From the NCBI GenBank assembly GCA_013003425.1, contig JABDJB010000017.1, positions 2,794 through 66,793 on the forward strand: a stretch of DNA of 64,000 nucleotides, written 5' to 3'. Positions 26,375-36,698 of the stretch are shown here, piece by piece (positions within the stretch are counted from its first letter, which is position 1; each line of letters opens with the position of its first letter). The position numbers and the translations under genes were made by a program. A model generated the notes under the pieces. It saw only the letters and a program-made list of their open reading frames with translations. It ran no database searches and was not told where the DNA came from. Source of the DNA: Gammaproteobacteria bacterium (GTDB taxonomy: Bacteria > Pseudomonadota > Gammaproteobacteria > Steroidobacterales > JABDKV01).

Positions 26375-28135
26375 ATGAAAGACCACATCGCACAACTGGT
26401 TACGACCGCGCTGCAGGCACTGGTTGCTGATGACAGCCTGCCCGCCGATACGGAATTGCCTGCCATAAACATCGAACGAGCGCGCGATGCCCGGCATGGC
26501 GACTTTGCCAGCAATATTGCGATGGTCATGGCCAGGGCGGCACGCAGCAATCCGCGCCAGCTGGCCGAGCGCCTGGTGGCTGCATTACCTGCGTCGGAGC
26601 TGGTGGATCGCATCGAGATTGCCGGACCAGGTTTTATTAATTTTCACCTGAGCCGTGATGCGAGGTTCGCAGTAATCCGGCGCATCGTCGAGCGGGGCGA
26701 ACAGTTTGGCTGCAGTGACATCGGCAACGGTCGACCGGTGCTGGTCGAGTTCATCTCGGCCAACCCGACCGGCCCATTACATGTTGGTCATGGTCGCCAC
26801 GCAGCATACGGGGACAGCATCGCAAACCTACTGACGGCCACCGGCCATGACGTTCACCGTGAGTACTACGTGAACGACGCGGGCCGCCAGATTGATATCC
26901 TGACGGTCAGCCTGTGGCTGCGTTACCTTGAGCAGGCCGGTGAGCAGCTGGACTTTCCCGGCAACGGTTATCGCGGCGACTACCTGCTGGATATTGCCGG
27001 CGTCCTCGCACGTGAGCATGGGAATGACTTCGTGCGCCCGGCTGCTGACGTATTCAATGACGTTCCGGCTGACGGCGACGGCGATGCCAGGGAACGCCAT
27101 ATCGATGCGCTGATTGCGCGGACAAAAGACCTGCTCGGCGATGACTATGCCCTCGTGGCCGGCGTTGCGCTCGACGCGGTGCTCGACGATATCCGCGACG
27201 ACCTTGCAGAATTCGGCGTCGAGTTCGACAACTGGTTTTCGGAACGTCAGCTGGTTGAGCAGGGAATGGTCGAACAGGCGCTGGAGCAGCTGCAAAAGCA
27301 CGGTGACCTGTACGAGAAAGATGGCGCCACCTGGTTTCGTTCCAGTGCTTATGGGGACGAAAAAGATCGCGTTGTAATCCGCGAGAACGGGCAGCGCACA
27401 TATGTTACCCCGGACATCGCATACCACCTCAACAAGAGACAACGCGGCAGTGACTTGCTGCTTGATGTGCTCGGCGCCGATCATCATGGCTATGTGGCCC
27501 GCGTTCGCGCCGGGCTGGAAGCACTCGACCAACCCGCCGATTCGCTGGAGGTCCGGCTGGTGCAGTTCGTTTCCCTGTATCGCGGCGGGGAGAAAGTGCA
27601 GATGTCGACTCGCTCGGGGCAATTCATAACGCTGCGCGAGCTGCGCCGTGAAGTAGGCAATGATGCGGCACGGCTGTTCTATGTCATGCGCTCGAACGAT
27701 CAGCATCTGAACTTTGACCTTGACCTTGCCAAATCAAAAACAGAAGAGAATCCGGTCTATTACATCCAGTACGCCAACGCGCGGGTATGCAGTGTCCTGC
27801 GCACGCTGGCAGAACGTGACTACGAAATTGATATGCAGATGGGGCTGGACAGCCTTGCAAAGCTGGAAAGCAAGCAGGAAACCGAGCTGATCGCAGAGCT
27901 CGATCGTTACGCCGATGTTGTCGAGCTGGCAGCAGCAAACCGTGCGCCGCACCATCTGGTGCACTACCTGCGTTCACTCGCCAACCTGTTCCACACCTGG
28001 TACAACGCCGCAAGGTTCATTGTCGATGATGATGCCGGGTTGCGTAACGCACGCCTGGTGCTGGCGTGTGCGGCACAGCGTGTCATTTGCAACGGGCTTG
28101 CGCTGCTCGGCGTCAGCGCGCCGGAAACCATGTAA
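26375..28135 (+). CDS. argS: arginine--tRNA ligase
   Basis: FISANPTGPLHVGHGRHAAYGD (HIGH region), MSTRSG (KMSKS-like), C-terminal anticodon-binding DALR-type region; 586 aa. Confidence 0.95.
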   Translation: MKDHIAQLVTTALQALVADDSLPADTELPAINIERARDARHGDFASNIAMVMARAARSNPRQLAERLVAALPASELVDRIEIAGPGFINFHLSRDARFAVIRRIVERGEQFGCSDIGNGRPVLVEFISANPTGPLHVGHGRHAAYGDSIANLLTATGHDVHREYYVNDAGRQIDILTVSLWLRYLEQAGEQLDFPGNGYRGDYLLDIAGVLAREHGNDFVRPAADVFNDVPADGDGDARERHIDALIARTKDLLGDDYALVAGVALDAVLDDIRDDLAEFGVEFDNWFSERQLVEQGMVEQALEQLQKHGDLYEKDGATWFRSSAYGDEKDRVVIRENGQRTYVTPDIAYHLNKRQRGSDLLLDVLGADHHGYVARVRAGLEALDQPADSLEVRLVQFVSLYRGGEKVQMSTRSGQFITLRELRREVGNDAARLFYVMRSNDQHLNFDLDLAKSKTEENPVYYIQYANARVCSVLRTLAERDYEIDMQMGLDSLAKLESKQETELIAELDRYADVVELAAANRAPHHLVHYLRSLANLFHTWYNAARFIVDDDAGLRNARLVLACAAQRVICNGLALLGVSAPETM

Positions 28136-28137
28136 CG

Positions 28138-28695
28138 ATGACCCGCGACTACAAAAATCGGCGCAGTCGCAAGAAAGACGCCACGCCCGGATGGGTCTGG
28201 GGTCTCGGTGGGCTGGCTGTAGGCCTGGCGGTAGCGCTGGCGGTACACCTGCAGGATCGGCGGCAAATGCGACCTGCCGCGCCGGTGGCAAACACGTCGG
28301 CCATTCCCTCGTCAGCCAGCGAAGCGGCCATGGCCGAAGAAGAAGAACCAGCATCGCGCTTCGATTTTTACGAGATGCTGAAAAACTTCGAGGTCGTAAT
28401 ACCCGAAACGGAGAGCACGGTCAGCAAAACCGGTAACAACCCTGCACCGGTGGCAAAAGCCGGTATCTACGTGCTGCAGGCCGGCTCGTTCCAGGCTTTC
28501 GAAGATGCTGATCGCATGAAAGCACGACTGGCGCTGCAGGGGCTGCAATCGCAGATTCAGCGCGTAACTATCGATGACAAGCGCTGGCACCGCGTGCGGC
28601 TGGGACCGTTTACCGACCTGGACGAACTGCAAACGACGCGGCGCCAGCTGCGCGAAGCCGATGTCGAAGTGCTGGTATTGAGAGTCGGGGAATAA
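28138..28695 (+). CDS. SPOR domain-containing cell-division protein (FtsN/DedD-like)
   Basis: Internal Met: MTRDYKNRRSRKKDATPGWVWGLGGLAVGLAV (basic N-terminus plus one TM). C-terminal SPOR YVLQAGSFQAFEDADRMKARLALQGL...RVRLGPFTDLDEL. Confidence 0.8.
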   Translation: MTRDYKNRRSRKKDATPGWVWGLGGLAVGLAVALAVHLQDRRQMRPAAPVANTSAIPSSASEAAMAEEEEPASRFDFYEMLKNFEVVIPETESTVSKTGNNPAPVAKAGIYVLQAGSFQAFEDADRMKARLALQGLQSQIQRVTIDDKRWHRVRLGPFTDLDELQTTRRQLREADVEVLVLRVGE

Positions 28696-29501
28696 TGCCG
28701 CTAGCCAGAATAAATGGCACGGAGATCTTCTACGAAGAGCACGGTACCGGTAAGCAAACCGTGTTTCTCGCCCACGGGCTGACGCTGAGCGGCCGCATGT
28801 ACCACCACCAGGTATTGCCGTTACGCGAACGTTTTCGCTGTATCACTATGGACTTCCGCGGTCAGGGCCGCAGCGCAACAGCCAGGACCGGCTATGACAT
28901 GAACACGCTGGGTCGTGACGTCAAGGCGCTGCTGCGTAAGCTTGATGCCGCGCCCTGCCACTATGTCGGCCTGTCGATGGGCGGGTTTGTAGGCCTGCGG
29001 CTGGCGCTGCAGGAGCCGCAATTCATCCGGTCGCTGACGCTGATAAATACCGGCGCCGCAGCCGACGGTCCTGCTGACCGGCTGCGCAGCATGTCGATGA
29101 CGGCGGTGGTGCGGTTGTTCGGTGTGCGCCCGGTTGCGGGTCGCGCCATGCGGCTGATCTTCAGTCGCCGGTTCCTCAACGACCCGCAGCGCCGCGAGGA
29201 GCGCCGCATCTGGCGCAAGGAGTTGCTGGCCAACCGTCGCAGCGGCATTGTGCGCGCCGCAATCGGCGTGCGTCGGCGGCCCGCCGTTCTGGACCAAATC
29301 CACGCGGTGCAGGTGCCAACACTGATTATCGCCGGCGCCGAAGACGAAGCTGTGCCGGCAGAACATTCACGCCAGATGCACGAACGCATCGATGGCTCGA
29401 AACTGGTCGTCATCCCGGAGGTCGGCCACAACTGTTGCCTCGAGGCGCCGGATGTAGTCAACCGACAGCTTGTTTCTTTTCTCGACGCGGTCAGTCGCTG
29501 A
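28695..29501 (+). CDS. alpha/beta-fold hydrolase
   Basis: HGLTLSG, nucleophile elbow GLSMGG, C-terminal GHNCCLEAPD (catalytic His); 268 aa. Confidence 0.85.
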   Translation: MPLARINGTEIFYEEHGTGKQTVFLAHGLTLSGRMYHHQVLPLRERFRCITMDFRGQGRSATARTGYDMNTLGRDVKALLRKLDAAPCHYVGLSMGGFVGLRLALQEPQFIRSLTLINTGAAADGPADRLRSMSMTAVVRLFGVRPVAGRAMRLIFSRRFLNDPQRREERRIWRKELLANRRSGIVRAAIGVRRRPAVLDQIHAVQVPTLIIAGAEDEAVPAEHSRQMHERIDGSKLVVIPEVGHNCCLEAPDVVNRQLVSFLDAVSR

Positions 29502-29509
29502 AGCGCCCG

Positions 29510-30871
29510 TCAATCATCCGCCGCGCTGCTGCTGCCAAACTCCACCCCCAGTGAACGCAGCTTGCGATACAGGTGGGTGCGCTCCATGCCGACACGCTTT
29601 GCCAGGAGCCCTACTTTTCCGCCGCAGATGTCGAGCTGCTGCTGCAGGTAGGCGCGCTCAAATTGCTCGCGCGCTTCACGCAGCGGCAGCGCCAGCAAGT
29701 CCTGCTTGACCAGTGACTCCGCGGGTGCTGATTCAACTTCCAGCGCCTGCTCTACTTCGGCCAGTGAAATATCTTCGGCACCGCCAAGCACAAGCAGGCG
29801 ATGCACCATATTTTTCAGATCGTTGATATTGCCCGGCCAGGGATAGTTGCGCAGCCGGTTCTGCGCGGCAACACTGAAACGGCGCAGTGGCAGGCCCTGC
29901 TTGTCGACCAGTTTGTCGACGTAATAACGCAACAGGTCTGGCACGTCTTCACTGTAATCGCGCAGTGGCGGGATGCGTAACCGGATTACATTCAGATGGG
30001 CCAGCAAATCACGTCGCAGCTTGCCACGCTGCATGCTGGACTCTACGCCGGTTCCGGACGAGGTAATGATGCGGACTTCCAGCGGTGTTACATCGCTGCT
30101 GCCGTGCTGGCGGTAGCCGCCTGACTCGAGTGCGCTCAGCAGCAGTGTCTGCGCATGTGGTGGCAGGTCTTCTATTTCGTTCAGGAACAGCGTCCCGCCA
30201 CGCGCCTGCTCGAGGTAACCGGGCTTGGAGTCGCCATCTTTGATGCTGCCAAACAGCAGCTCTTCGGCATTGTCCTCGGTAAGCGAACCGGCTACTACAG
30301 TTACCATCGGCTCACCGGCGCGATCGCTTAACGAATGCAGAAAGCGGGCAAAGGCTTCACGACCGGTGCCGACCTCCCCGACCAGCAGCACGTTACTGTC
30401 ATGCCCGGCAATGCGCTTTATCTGCTCGCGCAGGTCCTGCATGACCTGGCTTTTGCCTAGCGGCGCGACCATTTTCGGTACGATGCCGCGGCTGACCTTG
30501 CGTGGCTGCCGGGTCAGCGCCCGCTCCACCGTCTTCAGCAGCTTTGCCAGCGAGACGGGTTTCTCGATGAAATCCAGCGCTCCCAGCCGGGTTGCCTCGA
30601 CGGCCGTTTCAACCGTGCCGTGACCGGACATCATCACGACGTTTGACGGATTTCCTGACTCTGCCCACTCGCGCAGCAAGGTAATGCCATCGGTATCGGG
30701 CATCCAGATATCCAGCAGCACCAGGTCAGGTTCGTGCTGTTTACGCCGTTCGCGCGCTGCCGCAGCGTCTGCCGCGATACTGACCGTGTAACCCTCCTCG
30801 CGCAGGATCTCCTCGAGCAGCTCACGGATATCCGCTTCGTCGTCAACTACCAATATGTGTGCAGCACTCAT
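29510..30871 (-). CDS. ntrX: NtrX-like response regulator (REC + degenerate AAA+ + Fis-type HTH)
   Basis: REC ILVVDDEADIRELL...LDIWMPDTDG. AAA+ domain with GEVGTGRE (Walker A Lys to Arg), FLNEIEDL (Walker B Asp to Asn) and no GAFTGA loop. C-terminal HTH LLAKRVGMERTHLYRKLRSLG. Confidence 0.8.
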   Translation of the reverse strand: MSAAHILVVDDEADIRELLEEILREEGYTVSIAADAAAARERRKQHEPDLVLLDIWMPDTDGITLLREWAESGNPSNVVMMSGHGTVETAVEATRLGALDFIEKPVSLAKLLKTVERALTRQPRKVSRGIVPKMVAPLGKSQVMQDLREQIKRIAGHDSNVLLVGEVGTGREAFARFLHSLSDRAGEPMVTVVAGSLTEDNAEELLFGSIKDGDSKPGYLEQARGGTLFLNEIEDLPPHAQTLLLSALESGGYRQHGSSDVTPLEVRIITSSGTGVESSMQRGKLRRDLLAHLNVIRLRIPPLRDYSEDVPDLLRYYVDKLVDKQGLPLRRFSVAAQNRLRNYPWPGNINDLKNMVHRLLVLGGAEDISLAEVEQALEVESAPAESLVKQDLLALPLREAREQFERAYLQQQLDICGGKVGLLAKRVGMERTHLYRKLRSLGVEFGSSSAADD

Positions 30872-33099
30872 GCGATGCCTCCGCCAGATGCAAACGACGA
30901 TGTCCGGCCATGCGCCAGCAATGCGCGACCCTCTTCATCAACCGGCAACAAAACCGTCACCCGGGCGCCGCCCGATGCGGGATTCTCCGCGGTGATACGG
31001 CCGCCGTGTTCTTCGACCAGCTTCTTGACGATAGCCAGGCCAAGCCCGGTACCCTTACTTTTGCTGGTTACGTACGGTTCAAAAATTTGTTCTGCCGGCA
31101 TTGCAAACCCCGGACCGTTGTCCTCAACGACTATCTCGGCCAGCTCAGCACCTTCATCGCGACGCCGCCGCGTGAACAGGCTGACTTTGCCATCATCGGT
31201 AAGCGCTTCACCGGCATTGCGCAACAGGTTGTGCAGCATCTGCCGCATGCGACCAGCATCGGCCTCGATGGTGCCGAGCGACTGATCCAGCTGGAGAGAC
31301 AAATCCATCCTGAGCTCGCGGCTGCGGTACAGCTCCGCAACTTCTGTAACGATGCGATTCAGATCAATGTGGTCAATCTCCAGCGCAGGGGCACGGGCGT
31401 ATTCGCTGAATGCATCGACCATTGCCTTCATAGCCTCGACCTGCTGCACGATGGTGTGGGTCGATCGGTCAAGCACCTTTGCATCGGTGTCATTCATGGT
31501 GTCGAGATAGCGCCGCCGCATGCGCTCGGCCGACAGCTGGATTGGCGTGAGCGGGTTTTTTATTTCGTGCGCCAGGCGGCGTGCCACCTCGCCCCAGGCA
31601 GCGTCACGCTGCGCCTGCAGCAGCTCGGTGACGTCGTCGAACACCACGACATATCCCAGCGGAATTTCGTCTTCACCAGGCAAGGCAGTGCACGCTGTAT
31701 TCAGCACGGTTCGGCCGCCCGGTCCGCGCAGCACCACTTCGTCACGCCAGTCCGGTTCGCCATCCTCGATGTGCTTGCGGATAACGGCAGCAAACTGATC
31801 CAGCAGCGGTGCATTGAGACCGGTCATGGTCAGCGGCGCGCCCACATGCGACTGCAGGTCAGCACCGAGTATTGCTGCCGCCGCGCGGTTGGTTACACGC
31901 AACGTGAGATCCGGCTCCAGTGCAATTACGCCACTGGACAGCCCTGCCAGCACCGCCGCGAGATTGGCACGTTCATTCTCCACCGCCTGCTGACTGCGAC
32001 GGGCACTCTCACGGGCTTCAGCCAGGCGCCGGGTCATGTCATTAAAGGAGTTAACAAGAAAACCAATCTCGTCGCGGTTACGGGTCTGCAGCCGCGTGTC
32101 GAAATCGCCTTCAGCAACGGCGCGGGTGCCGGCAACCAGCGACTGGATTGGCGCTACCAGCCGTCTTGACCACAGGAACGCACCCCACACGGCGGCCAGC
32201 AGCGAAACCAGCAGGATCAGTGTAAGCGTCAGCGTCAGGCTGTATTTGAGTGGCTTGCGCAGATAGGCGGCCTCGCCATAGCGGGTGTAGGCCTGCTGCA
32301 CCGATTCGGCCAGCCCGCTGAGACGGCCGGTAACCGGGTAAAGCCCCTGCAGCATACGTACTTCATCGGCGGGACTGCGCCGCGGTACAGACACGGCAGT
32401 GCGAACCATAAATCCACCACCACCAAGCGGATCGAGGCCGACGAATGCGTTTCCCTGGCGCAGCTGCAACTGCACTTCATCGCCGGGCAGCGACGGCAGC
32501 GTGATCGAGTCTCCCTCTGTGCTGGTCGCGATGATGCGGCTGTTCTGGCCGATCACGGTCAGCTCGCTGGCGCCGCTGCTGCGGCGCAGCCGGCTCAGCG
32601 TCGCCACCAGTTCAACCTGCTCTGCGCTCGCAACTGCATCGACCATGTTCCTGGTTTGTTCCAGGTAATCATTCATGCGCAGATCCAGCGCACCGCGGCT
32701 GAGCCGCAACGCATCATCGAGACCGGTCTCGATCTGCACATCGAAATAGCTGTCGATACCCTGCTGCAGGAACTGCAGCGAAAAGTAATAGACCACAACC
32801 ACGGGCAGCACTGCCAGCACGACAAACATGGCAACCATGCGTGCCTTGAGCCGCGAACCTGGCAGGTGACGGCGGTATTCCCGTGCCAGCCGGATCATGT
32901 TGCCGATTACCAGCAGCAGCAGGACCGCAACGCCGGCAACGTTCATGATCAGGATGGTCTCGTGCATCTGGTTAAAGCTGCTTGCGTCACTGGTGCTGCG
33001 TATCAGCAGCCCGAGCGAGATCAGCATCAGAACTGCACCCGCGATTCCCAGCAGCGTATATACCAGGCGCATCAGTGCGGCAGCCTCCAGTCGTACCAT
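30868..33099 (-). CDS. ntrY: NtrY-like membrane sensor histidine kinase (TM-HAMP-PAS-HisKA-HATPase)
   Basis: 743 aa with an N-terminal 4-TM region, HAMP (VAEGDFDTRL), PAS, H-box EVARRLAHEIKNPLTPIQL, N/G boxes NLLRNAGEA and DNGPGF...GTGLGLAIV. Overlaps ntrX. Confidence 0.8.
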   Translation of the reverse strand: MVRLEAAALMRLVYTLLGIAGAVLMLISLGLLIRSTSDASSFNQMHETILIMNVAGVAVLLLLVIGNMIRLAREYRRHLPGSRLKARMVAMFVVLAVLPVVVVYYFSLQFLQQGIDSYFDVQIETGLDDALRLSRGALDLRMNDYLEQTRNMVDAVASAEQVELVATLSRLRRSSGASELTVIGQNSRIIATSTEGDSITLPSLPGDEVQLQLRQGNAFVGLDPLGGGGFMVRTAVSVPRRSPADEVRMLQGLYPVTGRLSGLAESVQQAYTRYGEAAYLRKPLKYSLTLTLTLILLVSLLAAVWGAFLWSRRLVAPIQSLVAGTRAVAEGDFDTRLQTRNRDEIGFLVNSFNDMTRRLAEARESARRSQQAVENERANLAAVLAGLSSGVIALEPDLTLRVTNRAAAAILGADLQSHVGAPLTMTGLNAPLLDQFAAVIRKHIEDGEPDWRDEVVLRGPGGRTVLNTACTALPGEDEIPLGYVVVFDDVTELLQAQRDAAWGEVARRLAHEIKNPLTPIQLSAERMRRRYLDTMNDTDAKVLDRSTHTIVQQVEAMKAMVDAFSEYARAPALEIDHIDLNRIVTEVAELYRSRELRMDLSLQLDQSLGTIEADAGRMRQMLHNLLRNAGEALTDDGKVSLFTRRRRDEGAELAEIVVEDNGPGFAMPAEQIFEPYVTSKSKGTGLGLAIVKKLVEEHGGRITAENPASGGARVTVLLPVDEEGRALLAHGRTSSFASGGGIA

Positions 33100-33668
33100 T
33101 CACTGGCGAGACGCCAGTCACCAAAGAACACATCGAGTACGCGCAACGGGCCCGGGAACGAGCGAATGTCCAGAACCGTTTTCAGGCGTAGCACGTATTC
33201 GCGCTCATCCCGCAGCAGTGCACTGTCGAGCACCGGCAACTCGCGCACTTCACCGAGCCGCAACAGTGCCGCAGCGAGCGTCAGGAAGGACTCCTGTTCG
33301 CCACTGTTAAGATTCCGCACAATGTAGCGTTCGCTCAGGGCGTGATACCGCAGCTCGTACAACTGCAGCAGCTCGGCGACGTTTTTATCCGGTCGCCACT
33401 TCAGCGTGCGACGCACGTCGATGCGGAGCTCGAAAGTAAGCGCGACACCGCGCGCCAGCGCTTCCAGCGCAACATCGTTCAGGTCGTAATCAATCGTCGC
33501 GTTGAGATAGTAAACGCCGTCAATTTCGTCGGCGTATGCCGCCACGATGACAAAGTCGCCGTTCTTGATCGCGTGAACGTCTGTGGCGAGCAAGCTCAGG
33601 GCTGCTGCCAGGCTGGCCAAAAGCCACCCGGTGCGCTGCCGCCAGTCTGTTGCCGCCGCTTTAATCAT
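33072..33668 (-). CDS. DUF4390 domain protein
   Basis: Signal peptide, then YYLNATIDYDLNDVALEALARGVALTF. It holds the conserved position between rsmB and ntrY that I recall for DUF4390. Confidence 0.6.
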   Translation of the reverse strand: MIKAAATDWRQRTGWLLASLAAALSLLATDVHAIKNGDFVIVAAYADEIDGVYYLNATIDYDLNDVALEALARGVALTFELRIDVRRTLKWRPDKNVAELLQLYELRYHALSERYIVRNLNSGEQESFLTLAAALLRLGEVRELPVLDSALLRDEREYVLRLKTVLDIRSFPGPLRVLDVFFGDWRLASEWYDWRLPH

Positions 33669-33684
33669 TAATTAATCCGGCCCG

Positions 33685-34989
33685 TCAGGCCGCTTCCAGA
33701 CAAGAATAATAGAAGCCGTCCATCCCTGCCTCTCCGGTGAGTATCTGTACGCCGAAGCCGCCCGCCAGGCCACAGCCGGGAGTGAGAACGCGCGTCTGTG
33801 CGCCGGATTCACGCGCCATGAAGGCCTCAACGACGCGTGAGTTTTCCGCTGCCAGCAACGAGCAGGTGGCGTACAGCAGGCGCCCGCCAGGCGCCAGCAA
33901 CGGCCAGGTTGCAACCAGCATCGCCAGCTGGCGGGCCGCGAAAGCGTCGATATCGCCGGCACGGCGCAACAGCTTTATGTCGGGGTGCCGGCGGATAACC
34001 CCGGTAGCCGAGCACGGTACATCGAGCAGAATGCGGTCAAAAGGCCGACCGTCCCACCATTGCTCCGGCATCGCGGCATCGCCGACGGTAACGCTTGCCT
34101 CCAGCCCGAGCCGCTCCAGGTTTTGCTGTACTTTTCCCAGTCGCCGCTCATCGTGGTCGACAGCCGTTACCTGCACATCCGCGCTCTCAAGAATATGGCA
34201 GGTCTTGCCGCCCGGTGCGGCGCACGCATCGAGCACGCGCATACCATCACGCAGGTCGAGCATGGTCGCGGCGAGTTGCGCGCCGGCATCCTGGACCGAA
34301 ACCTCGCCGGCAGTGAAACCGGGGATCTGTTCCACCGGCAACGGCTGCGGTAACGCCACGGCATCGGCGGCCCACTGCGACCGCTGCGGCTCTGCATCGT
34401 GCTGATCAACGAACGCCGCGCACCAGCTGTCGATATCGCTGCGCCGCCGGTTTACACGCAACCACATCGGCGGTCGCTCGTTGCCGGCCTGCAACAGACC
34501 GGTTGCCTCAGGCCAGTCAGCGGCGAGCCGGTCGACCAGCCATTGCGGATAAGCGTGGCGGGTCGCCGCAGTGCCAGCCAGTTTTTCATCAATCTTGTCC
34601 GTCTCACGCTGGTAACGCCGCAATACTGCATTGACCATGCCGGCACCACGCGGGCGGCCGACGCGTCGCACTGTATTGACGCTTTCCGAAATCGCCGCAT
34701 GCGGTGGTACCCGCATGAAACGCAACTGGTACAGGCCTGCCAGCAGTACTGCCAACATGAGCTTGTCCTTCACCGGGCGGTCGACTAACTCGTCGACAAT
34801 TGCGGCGAGCTGAAAATACCAGCGCGCGACGCCAAAGCTGATTTCGCCGGCCAGGCCACGCTCCCGTTCGTCTGCCAGCGAACCCTGCAGCGGCGGCAGC
34901 ACGCTGTCGAGCGTCGCGCCACCAAGCATTCTGGCAATAGCGCGCGCCGCCGCTGTCCTTGCTGTATCAGGCATCACAACCATCGCCAA
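33685..34989 (-). CDS. rsmB: 16S rRNA (cytosine967-C5)-methyltransferase
   Basis: N-terminal NusB-like region, VLDACAAPGGKT (SAM motif), FDRILLDVPCSATGVIRRHPD, LLYATCS. The start may be a few codons downstream, since it overlaps the fmt stop by 23 nt. Confidence 0.92.
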   Translation of the reverse strand: MAMVVMPDTARTAAARAIARMLGGATLDSVLPPLQGSLADERERGLAGEISFGVARWYFQLAAIVDELVDRPVKDKLMLAVLLAGLYQLRFMRVPPHAAISESVNTVRRVGRPRGAGMVNAVLRRYQRETDKIDEKLAGTAATRHAYPQWLVDRLAADWPEATGLLQAGNERPPMWLRVNRRRSDIDSWCAAFVDQHDAEPQRSQWAADAVALPQPLPVEQIPGFTAGEVSVQDAGAQLAATMLDLRDGMRVLDACAAPGGKTCHILESADVQVTAVDHDERRLGKVQQNLERLGLEASVTVGDAAMPEQWWDGRPFDRILLDVPCSATGVIRRHPDIKLLRRAGDIDAFAARQLAMLVATWPLLAPGGRLLYATCSLLAAENSRVVEAFMARESGAQTRVLTPGCGLAGGFGVQILTGEAGMDGFYYSCLEAA

Positions 34990-35947
34990 GCACGGCGCCA
35001 GCCATTTCGTGGGCGTTGAGAAATGCCGCAGCCGGCATCACTCGTTTGCCCGCCGGCTGCAGCTCGGTGACCTGCAGCGTGCCAGCGCCGGTGGCAACCT
35101 TCAGCGCCGGCCCGGTCACGCTGACCGTCCCGGGCACACCCGATGCAGCTTCATCGAGCGCCTGCGCAGTCCACAGGCGCAGCTGGCGGCCACGCCAGCG
35201 CGTCTCGGCAACCGGCCATGGGTTGAACGCGCGAACCTGAGATGCAATCTGTGCTGCGGCTTGCTGCCAATCGATTCGTGCTTCGCTTTTTTTCAGCTTC
35301 GGTGCATAGGTTGCCTGGCTGTCGTCCTGTGGCACCGCGGTCAACGCACCGGCGGCAATGTCTGCAAGCCGGGCAAGCAACAGTTCCGCACCGAGCGTGG
35401 CCAGCCGGTCGGTCAGCTCACCGCCGGTCTCGTCAGCGCCGATGAGCGTCTCGCTTTTTGCCAGCATGGCGCCGGTATCGAGCCCCGCATCCATCTGCAT
35501 CAGGGTGACACCGGTCACCGGGTCACCGGCGAGCATGGCCCGCTGCACCGGGGCGGCGCCGCGCCAGCGTGGCAATAATGACGCGTGCACATTGACACAA
35601 CCCAGGCGCGGAATGTCGAGCACGGCCTGCGGCAGGATCAGACCATAGGCCGCGACGATCATCAGGTCCGGATCGAGCTGGCGCAGGGTTTCCTGTGCCT
35701 GGTCATCACGCAACGATTCCGGCTGCTGCAAAGGCAGCCCGAGGTGCAACGCCAGCTGCTTGATGTCGCTGTAACGGACACGCCGTCCACGACCCGCCGG
35801 CCGATCCGGCTGGGTATACACCGCGATAATCTCGCACGCCGGGCTGCCGGCATCAGCCAGCGCACGCAGCGACGGCACGGCGAAATCCGGGGTGCCGGCA
35901 AAAACTACGCGGAGGGTTTTGTTGTCAGTGGTCGTGGCGGCGCTCAA
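34967..35947 (-). CDS. fmt: methionyl-tRNA formyltransferase
   Basis: [35 protein letters not shown]-terminal formyltransferase domain. Confidence 0.95.
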   Translation of the reverse strand: MSAATTTDNKTLRVVFAGTPDFAVPSLRALADAGSPACEIIAVYTQPDRPAGRGRRVRYSDIKQLALHLGLPLQQPESLRDDQAQETLRQLDPDLMIVAAYGLILPQAVLDIPRLGCVNVHASLLPRWRGAAPVQRAMLAGDPVTGVTLMQMDAGLDTGAMLAKSETLIGADETGGELTDRLATLGAELLLARLADIAAGALTAVPQDDSQATYAPKLKKSEARIDWQQAAAQIASQVRAFNPWPVAETRWRGRQLRLWTAQALDEAASGVPGTVSVTGPALKVATGAGTLQVTELQPAGKRVMPAAAFLNAHEMAGAVLGDGCDA

Positions 35948-36480
35948 ATCACCGGTACGTTTGACGGCACCGGATGATCGACACGCAGCCGCCGCGATTT
36001 TTCCAATTGTTTGCGGATGCGCTGACGCTTCAGCTCTGACAGGTAATCGACAAACAGCTTGCCTTCGAGGTGATCCATTTCATGCTGGATGCACACCGCC
36101 AGGATACCTTCTGCGTCCATCTCGAACTGCTCGCCATCGCGGTTGAGTGCCGTGACGCGAATCTGCTCGGATCGCTCGACCTTTGCGAATATATCGGGCA
36201 CGGACAGACAGCCCTCCTCGGTGATAACGGTGCCTGCACGCTCGAGGATTTCAGGATTAATAAAACACAGCGGCTCACTCTGATCGGACGACACATCGGT
36301 GACCAGGAGGCGCTTGTGGACATCGACCTGGGTGGCGGCAAGACCGATTCCGGGGGCCTCGTACATGGTCACGAGCATGGCGTCGATCAGGGCCCGCAGG
36401 TCGTCATCCACGGCCGATACCGGCTCGGCACGGGTCCGAAGCCTCGAATCAGGAAATTCCAATATTGTGAGCTTGTTCAT
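35944..36480 (-). CDS. def: peptide deformylase
   Basis: [14 protein letters not shown] and HEMDHL metal-binding motifs. Start at [11 protein letters not shown] (Met-7 of the track ORF). Confidence 0.95.
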   Translation of the reverse strand: MNKLTILEFPDSRLRTRAEPVSAVDDDLRALIDAMLVTMYEAPGIGLAATQVDVHKRLLVTDVSSDQSEPLCFINPEILERAGTVITEEGCLSVPDIFAKVERSEQIRVTALNRDGEQFEMDAEGILAVCIQHEMDHLEGKLFVDYLSELKRQRIRKQLEKSRRLRVDHPVPSNVPVI

Positions 36481-36698
36481 GTGTGAACTGTGCCGCAATT
36501 TAGCAAGCTACTTCGTGCAAAATGACACAAGAAGCTGATAAAGTTATGACAAGTCGAGAAACAGGGCCTCCGGCGCCGGGAAACAGGTCACTGATAGTGA
36601 CCCGCTGCACTGCACAAATGTTCCCTTCGGTCCGGCTTCTCGAGCACCTGAAACCAGTATACCGCGCAAAACGGCATTTTTAGCGGAGCACATCGCAC

